A stretch of 63,858 nt of DNA, the filler included, from Octopus bimaculoides (lineage: Eukaryota), in NCBI RefSeq assembly GCF_001194135.2. It is 6 parts of 5 records of this genome, joined end to end, with 100 filler letters (N's around TTAATTAATTAA, not from the genome) between each part and the next. Parts side by side here need not be neighbours in the genome. Positions count along the whole stretch, not along the records: positions 1 to 23,148 come from NC_068981.1; positions 23,249 to 34,781 come from NC_068986.1; 4 more parts are not named here. One strand, 5' to 3'. The position numbers and the translations under genes are program-made. The notes beneath the pieces were generated by a model. That model was not told where the DNA came from. It worked only from the letters and a program-made list of their open reading frames with translations, and searched no databases. Positions within the stretch are counted from its first letter, which is position 1. Every line of letters begins with the position of its first letter. This document shows positions 13,071 through 27,458 of the stretch, one piece after another.

Positions 13071-14088
13071 ATATANNNNNNNNNNNNNNNNNNNNNNNNN
13101 NNNNNNNNNNNNNNNNNNNNNNNNNNNNNNNNNNNNNNNNNNNNNNNNNNNNNNNNNNNNNNNNNNNNNNNNNNNNNNNNNNNNNNNNNNNNNNNNNNNN
13201 NNNNNNNNNNNNNNNNNNNNNNNNNNNNNNNNNNNNNNNNNNNNNNNNNNNNNNNNNNNNNNNNNNNNNNNNNNNNNNNNNNNNNNNNNNNNNNNNNNNN
13301 NNNNNNNNNNNNNNNNNNNNNNNNNNNNNNNNNNNNNNNNNNNNNNNNNNNNNNNNNNNNNNNNNNNNNNNNNNNNNNNNNNNNNNNNNNNNNNNNNNNN
13401 NNNNNNNNNNNNNNNNNNNNNNNNNNNNNNNNNNNNNNNNNNNNNNNNNNNNNNNNNNNNNNNNNNNNNNNNNNNNNNNNNNNNNNNNNNNNNNNNNNNN
13501 NNNNNNNNNNNNNNNNNNNNNNNNNNNNNACGACGATATGAAAATTGATCCGATGATAAGGAAGCAATGAAGAAAGAAGGGGAAGAAACAGGGAAAGGAT
13601 GTGAACCTGTTTGTCTTATCTGATCCATTGCCAGCCGAAATAGTAGCAGTGGATTAGACGATATGTCAATTTTTATACATATCATCAGCCACAATGGAAA
13701 CCATGTTGACGGCAGACTTAGTGTTCTTCTTAAGACAGATTCAAATGTGTGCATGGCTGTATGTATGTCTTCGAGAGAGAGAGAGAGACTGTGTGTGTGT
13801 GTGTGGGCGCACGCGTATATGTGTGTATGAGTGTTTCTTCATATGAGTTTGTCGGTGTGGTTATTTGAATGTGTATGTGCATATACATGTTTACAGGTGT
13901 ATGTGCGTGTAATGCATATGCATGAATGTGTATGTATGTCTTTGTGTGTATACGTATATGCGTATATGTATGTATATATAGATATGTATATATATATATA
14001 TATATATATATGCGAGTGTTTCTGTGTATATCTACGTTAGCGTGTTTGTACATATCTACATACGTACTTATGTATGCATATGTATGTA

Positions 14089-14150
<62 letters not shown>

Positions 14151-15379
14151 TGCATGTATTTTTATATGTTTAAGTATAATGCACTTACAAGCTATGAAGA
14201 TACGTACCCTAATGCTTATGGGTGTGGATTTTAAGATCAGAAAGTCCTCTGTTCGCTTCCTGAGTCTGTTTGTGTTTTGCGTCCGTGGACAAGACATTTC
14301 ATTTCACCTTCTTTTACTCAACTGAACTGAAAATGTATACCAATTTTCGTCGATGGGGTTGCTTAAATCCTGCGACTGACTGGTTGCATGCTATCTATGT
14401 TTCACAAATCTGGTCGTTAACCTGGCCAGAACATCATTTTAAAAAAGATTTTTGCAGTATGTGTAAGAGCATTTTGTTTTTGAATGTCGCGTTGCTCTTG
14501 GTTTTTCAAATAGTTTAAAGTATAAGCTCATAAATGGCTATCCATGCGAATACCTGCAGTTGAAATTCATCTCCCTTCCATTAATCTATCTGCTCTGTGC
14601 GACACTATTTTTGAAATATACACAAGGCAGAAATTCTCGCCAACTTCGCAACTTCGAGAAAGCCACTTTCTGAAGTATTACTCATGGCACAAAAGGACTT
14701 TCTAAAATTAGTTAGGATCATACTTATCAGACAACAAGAGGTGAACTCTGTGTTAGTGCCCTTTGATTTTCCTTTGTTGACAGCGCGACTTCATAGCAGA
14801 TTTTTTTAGAAGGGAAAAAGAAAACAACATCGTTTGACCTTTTTGTTTGGCCATCCTGGAAATAATCTTGTTTCTAAAGTCTAACAGTTCTAAAGTCTTT
14901 TCACAGTTGCTGCACGCTTTTGTTACATTACAAGTAAAAATTTCATGCTATTATCCTCTGTAATCGTAGTGGTTCTAGCCCTGTCGGATTTTTCTTCTTT
15001 ACCGTAGAACCAGTTTTCTGGAAATTTAGACTTTTTATTTCCATAATGGACAGAGAAACATGGTTCTTCTTCACTGGCAAGTAGACTTCAGAATATGTAT
15101 TTGCAGCAGTATGGAGTTTATTTTCTTTCTTTTCTGAAATTATGTCTCAGACGAAAGGAACATCCATGACTTAATCTAGCTAAGTCGTTCTCAGAACTAT
15201 CTCGGCACAATCTTGTATTTATACATTAAACAAAATTTCTTGTATTATTTTTGTACTCGTATTCTTCATAAAACCAAACATGCAACTTTCTGAAACACGT
15301 TTTCCTCCTTTAAAATGCTATTAAAAGCATGCAGAGGAATTATTGCAGCCATTTAGGGGTATAATATATTCAAACTTCG

Positions 15380-15818
15380 AAGGCGACGAGCTGGCAGAAA
15401 CGTTAGCACGCCAGGCGAAATGCGTAGCGGCATTTCGTCTGCCGTTACGTTCTGAGTTCAAATTCCGCCGAGGTCGACTTTGCCTTTCATCCTTTCGGGG
15501 TCGATTAAATAAGTACCAGTTACGCACTGGAGTCGTTATAATTGACTTAATCCGTTTGTCTGTCCTTGTTTGTTCCCTCTGTGTGTAGCCCCTTGTGTGT
15601 AGTAAAGGAATAAGAAACGTTAGCACACCGGGCAAAATGCCAAACGGTATTTCGTCTATCTATACGTTCTGAGTTCAAATTCCGCCGAGGTCGACTTTAC
15701 CTTTCATCCTTTCGGGTGTTGATAAATTAAGTACCAGTAGCGTACTAAGGGTTGATCTAATCGACTGGTCTCCTCCCCAAAAATTTCGGGCCTTGTGCTA
15801 AGGGTAGAAAAGAATATT
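15380..15818 (+). mobile_element. SINE-N head-to-tail dimer (tail-A unit followed by tail-B unit)
   Basis: AGAAACGTTAGC at 15396 and 15613 (217-bp period); whole dimer flanked by TTCAAACTTC at 15369-15378 and 15819-15828. Confidence 0.9.
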
Positions 15819-16839
15819 TTCAAACTTCCATATAGATACATTTTATCGTACCAAATTGGCAAAAAAAGTACGGCTTATATTTTTGATCAGGAATGTAATA
15901 CTATCTTTGAAGTGTATTTTGTTTCAATTTGTTAGTTTGCTCATCGGTGAAACTACGTTGTTTCACCATTGTGACATAGTTATTGAATTCACAATCTGAG
16001 GAACGCTTTGATAAAAATGTTCGGTGCAAATTGATCAGCAAACAATTTTCATAATCCCCCTCAAACAGCAATAAATATTCTTCTAGAAAAGTAAGGTTAC
16101 TGTCTATTATCTTGAAATCTTGTGTTTATTTATTTGGCACTTACCTTTCATTGTCTTCTGCCTTCAGTAATAAGAACCCCAGTAATTAATCTTCCTTTCT
16201 CCAGTAATCAATTTTATTTCTTATTTGTACCCAGCATTTTCATTTTGAAGTCTTTGATCTATTCATTCTTTTTCGAGTTTTGACTTTGTTTCATCTTGTC
16301 TTGAATTTTGCTTGCTTTCAGTTAGTCATAATCATTTTTTATCTCCAACTTTGATTCCGATTTTTGTATATCTTGTTCTTATTTTCCGGAACTGTTTTTT
16401 TTAATTCACGTTGATCGTTGATTTCTTGTGATAATCTTCATTTTCTTTTCGCAGTTTGACGTTGAATAGTTTCTTTATGAGTGAGATTTTCTTCGCCTGT
16501 TTAAATTACAACTGTCATGTCAGTAGCACCGTTGTAAAATTCAGATATCCTCTTGTTGTTGTCTAGTATTCTCCTGCTCATATTCTTTGTCCAGTTTTCT
16601 TTTACCGCGCCAATAGTCACCTGATTTCATCGAAATCTTACCCATGAATTAAAGATTAACTATTTTCCCGTCGTTTTTCTACTATATTAATCACTAAACA
16701 ATAGATTTCCTTACATAAAATGGTTAAAATAAAATATAGAGCAAATGACCTGCTTGGGAGTGTATGCGCCCAAATCACTGATTCACAGAACAATTGAGAA
16801 AACGATGACATAGATAGTGCGATTCTTCAACAGACACGC

Positions 16840-17402
16840 AAAGTTTTGAAAACTTTCTCATCGTTCTTGACACAATCAAGGGTATCTTGTGCAACTGATT
16901 GAAACCCGAATGTCTTCTTGGTCAGTTGAATGCAGTTTTGGCAAAAATACGCGTCTCATACCCAAAACTTCAGTGATAATAGACTGGACTGAACTGAACT
17001 AATCTGTACATCCTCTGATAACTCACGGATGGCGATTCGATGATTTCCACTCACTGCTGTGCGCACATCTGCGATGTTTTTCTTAGTTCTGCTGGTTGCA
17101 GCTCTCCCAGAGCGTCCGTCAATATCGACATATTTTCGGCCATCTTGGTAACGTCTGAACCACTCGTACACTTGTGTTCAGCTCATACACTCCTCTCCAT
17201 GCACCTTCTGCAACTTTACGCGTAAGCCATGAGCAGGTATCATGGTCAATACGACGATCACACTCTAAACACCTTCCTTCCAAGCACTGCTGTAAACAGC
17301 GGAAGTGAGCGAGAACGTCAATTTGTGCCAAGCGGCTTCACTTTGCATGCTTTAGCTTCGTTACAATGGCAACAGTCCGACTACTTATTGATCAGACCTT
17401 GT
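16840..17402 (-). pseudogene. Mariner (Tc1/mariner) transposon 5' half with degraded transposase N-terminus
   Basis: Minus-strand VYEWFRRYQDGR..DDxRSGR-type motif, HRIAIRELSEDVQIS HTH region, LGMRRV; TIR-like ACAAGGTCTGATCAATAAGTAGTCGGACT next to a TA repeat; frameshifts. Confidence 0.85.
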
Positions 17403-17405
17403 ATG

Positions 17406-17452
<47 letters not shown>

Positions 17453-18694
17453 TCTCTATGTATATTATACATATATAACAAGCGAGAGACAGAGAGTAAT
17501 TAGATAAAAAATGAAGAATTACATTCATACATAACTTTATTCGCTCAGATATGTTTCAAATAAAGTGAGGGAATGTACCCGCATCATAAAAGGGTTTGTA
17601 TGCGTAATCAGTCAATTCATTATTCAATTAAATAATATATTAAACAGAATTACGTTTGATGCAAGCACTTAGGAATTAGATGAAAATTTGAAAATTAGTT
17701 GGGAAATGAGTACTTCTATTACAAAGAGCATAGATTAAGAAAGAAGGGGTAGGATTATTAATAACGTAGTTTAGATAGTGTATTAATTTATTTATACCCA
17801 GATAGATTAATCAAAATGGATTTTTGTGTAGGTGTGCTTGTTGGCAAAATGACCATCCCCAAACAACAATTTTATGAATGTTTTACTAATAAGCGAGAAC
17901 GTCATGTTTGTTAATTAGGTTAGAATTACAAATGAGTAGTTCAAACACCACCCGTATGCGCAAATTGTATCTCCAACCACCTCTGCTATGTGGAAGAGCC
18001 TTACATATGCTTGACCACTAAACAAAGTAGTCAATATTTGTTTGTGTGAGTCCCCTGATGAACTTGGGTAACAAAATACAAATTTATTTACTTTTGTATT
18101 TAAAAGATGGAATATGATTATGTTTCTGGACTTGAATTTTGTAGCCGAAAGCGCCTATATAGTAACAGATTCTTTCAGATGTTTCTACCGAACAGTTATA
18201 TATTGTAATCTTCCTTAGAAATCGGTTATAAAGGAGCCATTTGCTACGGTTCTTATAATTACACTTCTATAACGTCTATAGTTATAAAAGCTCCTATTTA
18301 TTGTATTAGTGTTAATATTATAACATATATGAGATAGCTGGATATTATCGCCCCTGTTAACCTGGCTCGAGAAATGTGATTCATTAAAGATGAACCTAGA
18401 TTATTTTATAGGTTCAGAATTAAGACTCTTAAGTTCATTTATTCTGCAGATGTTCAACTTTCTAAGGTTAAGAGCCTCTATAACTTCCGCAAAATTCGGT
18501 GTAGTAGAATTTCACAGTATATCTATTGAATATTCCACTCTATCTACTAGAAGTGGGGATGTTTGTCTCATTCCTGGGAAGTGTGTAACGGAGTATTATA
18601 GCACATTGTATTTCTATTACGCGTTAAATGTTTCATAAATTTATTACCATACTTAATGTATTTCTATCAAGCCAAGAATTCACCTAGTATATTC

Positions 18695-19039
18695 TTTGAC
18701 TTGTTTCAGCCATTTGACTGCGGCCATGCTGGAGCACCGCCTTTAGTCGAATCAAATCGACCCCAGGACTTATTCTTTGTAAGCCTAGTACTTATTCTAT
18801 CGGTCTCTTTTTGCCGAACCGCTAAGTTACGGGGACGTAAACACACCAGCATCGGTTGTCAAACGATGGTGGGAGGACAAACAGACACGCAAACACACAC
18901 ACACATATATACATACATATATACGACGGGCTTCTTTCAGTTTCCGTCTACCAAATCCACTCACAAGGCTTTGGTCGGCCCGAGGCTATAGTAGAAGACA
19001 CTTGCCCAAGGTGCCACGCAGTGGGACTTAACCCAGAAC
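18695..19039 (-). mobile_element. SINE-C copy
   Basis: Near-identical reverse complement of 11826-12320 with a short internal CA/TA tract. Confidence 0.9.
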
Positions 19040-19477
19040 NNNNNNNNNNNNNNNNNNNNNNNNNNNNNNNNNNNNNNNNNNNNNNNNNNNNNNNNNNNNN
19101 NNNNNNNNNNNNNNNNNNNNNNNNNNNNNNNNNNNNNNNNNNNNNNNNNNNNNNNNNNNNNNNNNNNNNNNNNNNNNNNNNNNNNNNNNNNNNNNNNNNN
19201 NNNNNNNNNNNNNNNNNNNNNNNNNNNNNNNNNNNNNNNNNNNNNNNNNNNNNNNNNNNNNNNNNNNNNNNNNNNNNNNNNNNNNNNNNNNNNNNNNNNN
19301 NNNNNNNNNNNNNNNNNNNNNNNNNNAAGGGCGTATAGGTATGTGTCTTGTGCGTACTATTGTGTAGGCATCGTTGTTTTTGACTAATGTGTACGACTCT
19401 ATGTATCACGTATGAATTTATGCGCGCGCGCACACACACATACGCACATATATGTCTGCGGACGTACAGACAGACAA

Positions 19478-19524
<47 letters not shown>

Positions 19525-19826
19525 TTGGTATATACTGAAATATGAGCACACGTATATACATATATAAGCATACATCCGAACATATCAACACACATATATT
19601 CTGTGAGTGTGAGTCTATGTGCATGAGTACGCATGCGTGTATCGTTAATGTAGAGGCATACTGTGCTCGATGTGTTTTTTTTTTTTTTACATAGCTCAAG
19701 ATTACATTTTGCAAGAGTATTTAAGACTAAATTTCAAGAAAATATTTTACCGAATATTTTCTCCACAACATATTCTTTGTATTCCATATCTTTTCATAGG
19801 TGTATCTATGTACATACTTGCACGTA

Positions 19827-19901
<75 letters not shown>

Positions 19902-20445
19902 ACAGAGAGGAACACGCATTCACACAAACATTCGGTTTTTAATTCTTTTCCTCTGCAATGAATCTTATTTTTGTCTTTCTTCAACACTCTTAAGAATAAT
20001 TCTTTTTGCTATTTAAGATGTTAAATATTATTTTCTTTTACACTTCAATTCCAATTGATCCGATAATATTTTTTGTTATAGTACACATAACACAGAAATT
20101 TTCGATTTTTATTATTTTTTTTTTTTTGTGGTTGCTTGTTTTCTTTTGTCTTTCTCATCCTGTAATTTTATCGACAAATATATTGATAGTATAGAGAATT
20201 TGGTTTGTTTCTTGGTCTGTGTAACTACTTCACTATTTATAACTTGTATGCACATAATATGTTAAATATTTTACATATCTATAAGTATATCTATCCAGAC
20301 ATAGAAGCATACACACACATATATATATGGTAGAATATGTATGTTTCTCTGTACATATCTGTATGCATGTGTGTATGTATACATGTATATATACGTACAT
20401 ACATATATATACAGACAGACACACACTAACACACACACACATACA

Positions 20446-20489
<44 letters not shown>

Positions 20490-20779
20490 NNNNNNNNNNN
20501 NNNNNNNNNNNNNNNNNNNNNNNNNNNNNNNNNNNNNNNNNNNNNNNNNNNNNNNNNNNNNNNNNNNNNNNNNNNNNNNNNNNNNNNNNNNNNNNNNNNN
20601 NNNNNNNNNNNNNNNNTATATATGTATGTATGTATGTATATATGCATCTATATATGTATAATCATATGTATGTATGAATATCTCACGTGTGGAAGCGAAC
20701 ATGTATATGACATTATATTTGTTTTATGCTTTCCTCTGTCAACGCCCTTGGTGATAATTCTACACATACATACACATAA

Positions 20780-20812
<33 letters not shown>

Positions 20813-20893
20813 TCCACACATGTACATACGCGCGCACACACACATGCACAAATGCATGCATACATATGCAAGTTTGTAATTTCAATGTACGTA

Positions 20894-20960
20894 CATGAAA
20901 CCGTAATTATGCATGAAACCGTAATTATGAAACCGTAATTATGAAACCGTAATTATGCAT
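20894..20960. repeat. 14-bp tandem repeat GAAACCGTAATTAT x4
   Basis: Direct reading. Confidence 0.9.
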
Positions 20961-21536
20961 ATATATATGTGCACAGAAATATGCCTACACGCATATGACT
21001 ACATATATATAAGCATAGAAAAATACTTGCATGCGTCCGTGCGCGTACACACATATATGTATGTACACACACATATGTATGTATGCGCATACATGTATAC
21101 GAGCATAGACGCATATTTACATAAATACGCATATACATGCATACATTCTTCTAGTTTCGTTCCTAAAAATATGTGATATATAATAGTGACACTTCTATTT
21201 AACACATATATAGACATTTCTTTTATGAGCTCAAACAAACTGAAAATAGTTGCAAAAATTTATATAGTTATTGAGGTATGACTAAAGGACGAGAAAAAGA
21301 AGCAGAGAAAAACAGAGACTTACAAAGCGAAACGAAATTGATACATTGATAATTACAGAAAGATGCATAGACGTGAAAATAGCTTAGCTGTTTCAGATAC
21401 ATAAGAAAAAACAGATAGATAGATAGATGGATAGATAGATAGATAGATAGGCATACAAACAGACAGACATACAGATAGGTAGATAGATAAATAGTCATAC
21501 AAATAGATGGGCAGGCAGTCAGACACACAGTTAGAT

Positions 21537-21586
<50 letters not shown>

Positions 21587-22255
21587 TAACCATTGAACTG
21601 AGTATTGAAACAAAAAATATTTAGATAAATTTCCCGGATGAAGATTACAATACTTGCCAATGAGATTTGTTTGCCAGCTTTTCTCAAAATACTGAACACA
21701 AAATACGAACTGGAATGAGAAACAAAAAGAAAAGAACAACCAAAAAAAAACAGCCATATTTAAAAATACTCAAGTACAGAAACAATGACAAAAATAAAGA
21801 GAGATGCAAAAGATGTGAAAAGAGCTCATCAACTTTAATCTACTGAATGTCTTAGGAAAAAAACTCATATTATAACTAGTGTTGTTTTCAACGATCTGTT
21901 GTCGATGTTACAATCTTTCTTTTTGTTGCCTGCTTCATTCGTTTATCATTAGATTTATGTTGTCTTTTCTTTCTTTTTATTCAAATTCGTTTTTCTTTTT
22001 TCTGAAGGGTGGGATGGGATTGAATATTTTCACTACTTTCCCTCTTCATTTGTTTCTATAGTCAGAATTTTTTTCATCTCACTGAATTTTTTTCATCCAA
22101 TTTTTTTTCTTTCTTAATATATAAGATGGAAAAGAAGTGTAAAAAAAAAACAAACTTAATTCTGTCTAATTCGCAGTGCTGTCTATAGGACTTATTTTTA
22201 ATATATATTTCGATAAAGTGTTACATATACATACACACATACATACACACATACA

Positions 22256-22317
<62 letters not shown>

Positions 22318-22336
22318 NNNNNNNNNNNNNNNNNNN

Positions 22337-22387
<51 letters not shown>

Positions 22388-22597
22388 CATATATACATAT
22401 ATATATATACATATACATATATATATCGCTTTGTCAAATAAGATCAATACTTAAGTAGATAAATGTGTGTACTTTAGGTGTGAAGTCGCGAAAATGTATA
22501 TAAACGAGGTTAGAGTTTACACACACACGCACACACACATACACAAACACGTACAAATATACATACAAATATGCAAACATCCACACACATACACACA

Positions 22598-22637
<40 letters not shown>

Positions 22638-23148
22638 CCTGTATGAATACAGATATATGTGTGAGTGCGTGTAATATGTTTGTGGAAGTATTTATGAAGG
22701 CATTACTATACACTTCTTTGTGTATACTTGTGTGTTGGCATGTAGGGTGAAAATACACATTTAGGTCTGTGTATGTCTTGTAAACAATATATCTGTGAAT
22801 TCACAGGAATACACATGCATAATTGTAAACAAATACACACACACGCGCACGCACAAATATATGTCATATATTTGCATATGTGTGTGTGTGTGTATTTTGG
22901 GTGTCTGTGTGCGTGTGTACTTTTAAACATATGGATATATATATAATTATATATGTAAATATATCTAATTATATATATATATTATTCTATATATTCTTAT
23001 ATCTATACATAAAGAAAAAAATACACATGGATATATACATATGCATATATGCATAGTACGTACATAAACACACACAGACACATATATATATATATATATA
23101 TATATACACATGAATATACATACATATGTGTATATACATATATATATA

Positions 23149-23248
23149 NNNNNNNNNNNNNNNNNNNNNNNNNNNNNNNNNNNNNNNNNNNNTTAATTAA
23201 TTAANNNNNNNNNNNNNNNNNNNNNNNNNNNNNNNNNNNNNNNNNNNN
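23149..23248. other. Artificial scaffold linker N44-TTAATTAATTAA-N44
   Basis: Identical 100-nt structure recurs five times; the 12-mer has stops in all six frames. Confidence 0.95.
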
Positions 23249-23858
23249 ATATATATATATATATATATATAGTAGAAACAATTGATACGGAAGACAGAGT
23301 AATTGTTTCTACTATGCTCTGCGTGCACTGAGGAATTACTACGTACATCCAGCGATGGTTGTGCAATTGCCGTAGATGACGCCAGGTAGCCATTAGTAGT
23401 AAACGTGCTTTGCCGGCATAATATTAGAGACGTATACGAAATGCAGTTGATATTTTAAATTTAGATCTAACCTTTGATTATAACATATATACATATATAT
23501 ATATATATACATACATACTATACGAATACGGTATTTTTTACATTGGTTTGATATCATTGCGTCATATATTCTATAATGTAGATGCGTAAGTATACATATG
23601 GCATGCATGTAGAAAGAATACTGGCAAGACTTACAACTTGAATGAACCTCGAACATGACAAATGCAAATCGTATGGCTACAAGTTAAAATGCAATTATGT
23701 TAAGAGAACATGCCTTTTTAAACCAATGAAAAATAATTACCTAGTTACTGCCAATAAATTTTATAACAAATACGCGCGCGCGCGTACATACACACAGTCA
23801 CGCACACACACACACGCACGCATACACGCACGCACGCACAACACACACACACATATAT

Positions 23859-24060
23859 GTAGGCGTAGGCGTAGCTGTGCGGTAAGTAGCTTGCTTACCA
23901 ACCACATAGTTCCGGGTTCAGATCCACTGCGTGGTACCTCGGGCCCACTAAAGCCTTGTCAGTGAATTTGGTTGACGTAAGCTGAAAAGAAGCAGGCCGT
24001 ATATATATATATATGTATATATGTATATGGATGTGTGCGTGTATGTTTGTGTGTATTTAT
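23859..24060 (+). mobile_element. SINE-C 5' half ending in its internal microsatellite
   Basis: AGGCGTAGCTGTGCGGTAAGTAGCTTGC head, GGGTTCAGATCC, GTTGACGTAAGCTGAAAAGAAGC then (TA)n/(TG)n. Confidence 0.8.
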
Positions 24061-24892
24061 CCAACGGTCTGTACTGATGAGAAACAGATACTTTCGGTAA
24101 GAAACAATTAATTTCGAAACATGTTTACAGATAATTGTATTCTTTTTGTGTAATTTTCACTAGTCTTGCCCGTTTACGTTTTTGTAACTTCGCTAAATTC
24201 CCTTTGAGAATTATTCGGTCTTAGTAAACACATGACATGTGACCTTCTTCTAGCACATTAGCAGTCCACCTAGGGGCCTCCTTTATATATATTTTTATAT
24301 ATACATATACAATAATCCTTTGAGATCTCAGATATTTTTTCTGAATCTCCCTGATGCTTTTAACGTGCTTGTTCCCTGGTAATAAATTGATATTAATTGA
24401 TATCCAATTTTTTACCCTATTGTTTAATTTATATATATATATATATATATNNNNNNNNNNNNNNNNNNNNNNNNNNNNNNNNNNNNNNNNNNNNNNNNNN
24501 NNNNNNNNNNNNNNNNNNNNNNNNNNNNNNNNNNNNNNNNNNNNNNNNNNNNNNNNNNNNNNNNNNNNNNNNNNNNNNNNNNNNNNNNNNNNNNNNNNNN
24601 NNNNNNNNNNNNNNNNNNNNNNNNNNNNNNNNNNNNNNNNNNNNNNNNNNNNNNNNNNNNNNNNNNNNNNNNNNNNNNNNNNNNNNNNNNNNNNNNNNNN
24701 NNNNNNNNNNNNNNNNNNNNNNNNNNNNNNNNNNNNNNNNNNNNNNNNNNNNNNNNNNNNNNNNNNNNNNNNNNNNNNNNNNNNNNNNNNNNNNNNNNNN
24801 NNNNNNNNNNNNNNNNNNNNNNNNNNNNNNNNNNNNNNNNNNNNNNNNNNNNNNNNNNNNNNNNNNNNNNNNNNNNNNNNNNNNNNNNNNNN

Positions 24893-25080
24893 ATATATAT
24901 ATATATACATACATATATACAACGGTTTTTTTCAGTTTCCGTCTACCAAATCCACTCAGAAATCTTTGGTCGGCCCGAGGCAATTGTACAAGACATTTGC
25001 CCAATATTCCACGCAGTGGGACTGTACCTGGAACGTTGTGGTTGGGAAGTAAGCTTCTTACCACACAGTCACCGGAGTAC
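24893..25080 (-). mobile_element. SINE-C 5' half
   Basis: CAGTTTCCGTCTACCAAATCCACTC..GGTCGGCCCGAGG matches the reverse complement of SINE-C. Confidence 0.85.
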
Positions 25081-25539
25081 ACATGAAATCCTAAATACTA
25101 GTTATCAAGCAATTAAAATGGTACCATATAATCACATACATACAGACACGCAAACATTTATATCGATCTTAAAGCAAAAATGTATTTGATTCCCATATTG
25201 AATCCATTATAGTCGTTGGTTTTCACGCTGGAACAAGGCGCCACATATTTGCAAGGATTCACAATTTAGCAGTTAGCCATCTCCTGTATATGAAAGATTA
25301 CTCATCGAACTCAAGATAATCGAAAGCCAAGTAGGCACCATTTTGATTTGAACAGTGTGTAAAAAGACATTAGAAAGACATAATTGTATCATATCTGTCA
25401 AACTACAAACTTTTTTAAAAATTATTTATGGATATCAATCAAAATGCAGAAACAACTTGGAAAGTTGCAGGTACACAACAGAAACTCAACCATCTACATC
25501 AATTAACATCTAAGCACACGTGTTCCACGATCATCTCGC

Positions 25540-26790
25540 TTTCCTCTTCCTGATGTTGTTCAATCACCGCCTTCGTGGTTTTCTCATAAACCTTTTACCA
25601 GTGTGTGTCCATGCATAGCTATACACGCTACATTAGGGTTTCACGCTGTCTTGTTAGATGACCAAGCCACTTCATTTCCTGCGTTTTAACAATCGACAGA
25701 AGTATTTCGAGGTTCACAGCTGTTGTCTCAACGATTCCTTTCTTAACACTTTCATTAATTCAATGTTCTGTGGATGGAATGCGAAGCACCTTTCTGTAAC
25801 ATTTCATCTCAAAAGCCATAGTCCTTTTCTTATTTTCAATATCACCCAAAGAATGCACTTCAAATAAGTATTACTCTTTAAAAAATATCCCATCTTTCTT
25901 TTCCGATTGTAATAATTTTCTGTTTTCAAAATAAGGTCGAATTGTATTAAAACCAATCCGAGGCATTTTCATTTTACTTTGAGCTCATAACTAATATGTA
26001 ATACATTTATATATNNNNNNNNNNNNNNNNNNNNNNNNNNNNNNNNNNNNNNNNNNNNNNNNNNNNNNNNNNNNNNNTATACGACGGACATCCATATAAT
26101 TTCTATTTACCTAATTCACTCACAATGCCTTGGTCGTCCCGGGTCTATAAAAGAAGTCACTTGGCCAAGGTACTGCGCAATGAGACTGAACCCTAAAAAA
26201 TGCAGTAGCAAAGCAAGCTTCTTAACGATACAGCCATGCCTGTACATAAGGTCATATTAACTATATCCTCGGGGAATAGTGATTTATCTATCTCCTATCT
26301 CAACGTTTTCTTCAAAATATTTAAGTCCTTCTGGAATTATGATGCAATGTATTGAAAATGTCTTCATAAGATCACAAAAATTTGTCTGACACCAGGAGTC
26401 CTTTCAATCCATTTATTTGTTCACCTTTTCACCAAGACCAAAATTTCTGCGTTTCAGTTACTGAAATCACAACCTTTACTATTAGAAGGCTGTTATCATA
26501 AATGGTCATACACCACACGTCACAAGCCATAAACAGTTAATATGCTTTCATAATATCAATGAAGTTTATCAAACGTCTGATTTTTAGCCTAAGAAATTTT
26601 TAAAATTTGCTCAGTAGTGTTTCGTTCCACTTGGAATCCTGACTGCGTTTCACTGAAAAATAATAATGTTATTCTTGATTTCATTGAATCAGCTAACTGT
26701 ACACTTCGTTGCTATAATGTTAAGCTGTCGTATGTCCAAATTTGGCCAAATGCGTTTTTTTGCAATATTTAATTTTGCTTACAATATCGG
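25540..26790 (-). pseudogene. Degraded RTE-clade LINE (RT plus C-terminal region), interrupted by SINE-C and a gap
   Basis: Manual minus-strand translation, in correct order: SETQSGFQVERNTTEQI, FIDIMKAY, GVRQ, AFEMKCYRKVLRIP, MKWLGHLTR, GKRFMRKPRRR; these match RTE motifs QxGFR, FIDFxKAFD, AFEMxCYR, WxGH, GRPRRRW. Confidence 0.8.
26087..26250 (-). mobile_element. SINE-C 5' half (diverged), nested in the RTE relic
   Basis: TATACGACGG..CACTCACAATGCCTTGGTCG..CCAAGGTACTGCGC..GACTGAACCC. Confidence 0.75.
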
Positions 26791-27247
26791 CGAAAGGTGC
26801 AGCACGTTGAGACTGAACCCGGAATCATAAAGTTACAAAATGAAATTCTTAGCCACAGAGCCACGCCTGCATTTAAGTTCGTATTAATTATATCCTATTG
26901 TAATATGGGTATTGCCGAGGTAAGTTATTCAAAGTACTGTATTTTCCGGTATATAAGCCTCTATTTTTTACATGGGAAATTTAATGTGCAGCTTATAGAA
27001 AGGTGCGCCAAATATGTTATCAGTCGGTGAACAACGTGAAACACTACTGCTACAGTACAAGGGTGCCCAGAAGAAAACAAAGTATTTTTTTTTTAAACCT
27101 TCATGTTTTGATAATGTTATTTTTAATCTAATAAAGACTTTAATATTGATGAAATGTGTTTTTTGTTGATTATAGTAAGATAAAATCATACAAAATAACA
27201 ATATATCTCATAGTTGTAATATGAGGCATTTTGAAATTATGTAGACG

Positions 27248-27458
27248 TCAGCAACAAAAAAGCTAGCTGCGGACCAGTAGCTCTATAGGTCTTTTAAACA
27301 CCGGTGGACTTTATGTGTGGATAAAGCCAGCATTTTCCCCCACATTTAGCCCTGAGGCTTAGATACCGATGAGTTTTATAGACCGGAAAATACAGTAAAT
27401 TATCACTATTCATGCCCTTCAGAAAGTCCCTCGAGCCGCAGTTTGCTCATGACTGGTC
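27248..27458. mobile_element. Possible hAT (Charlie-like) MITE relic
   Basis: Right end reads CAGTCATGAGCAAACTGCGGCTCGAGGG on minus, flanked by GTCTA; left end is degenerate. Confidence 0.35.

Noticed and set aside
17900-18030. WSSICKALPHSRGGW on minus as an L1/Tx1 ORF2 relic
   Set aside because: Single weak motif with no supporting neighbours
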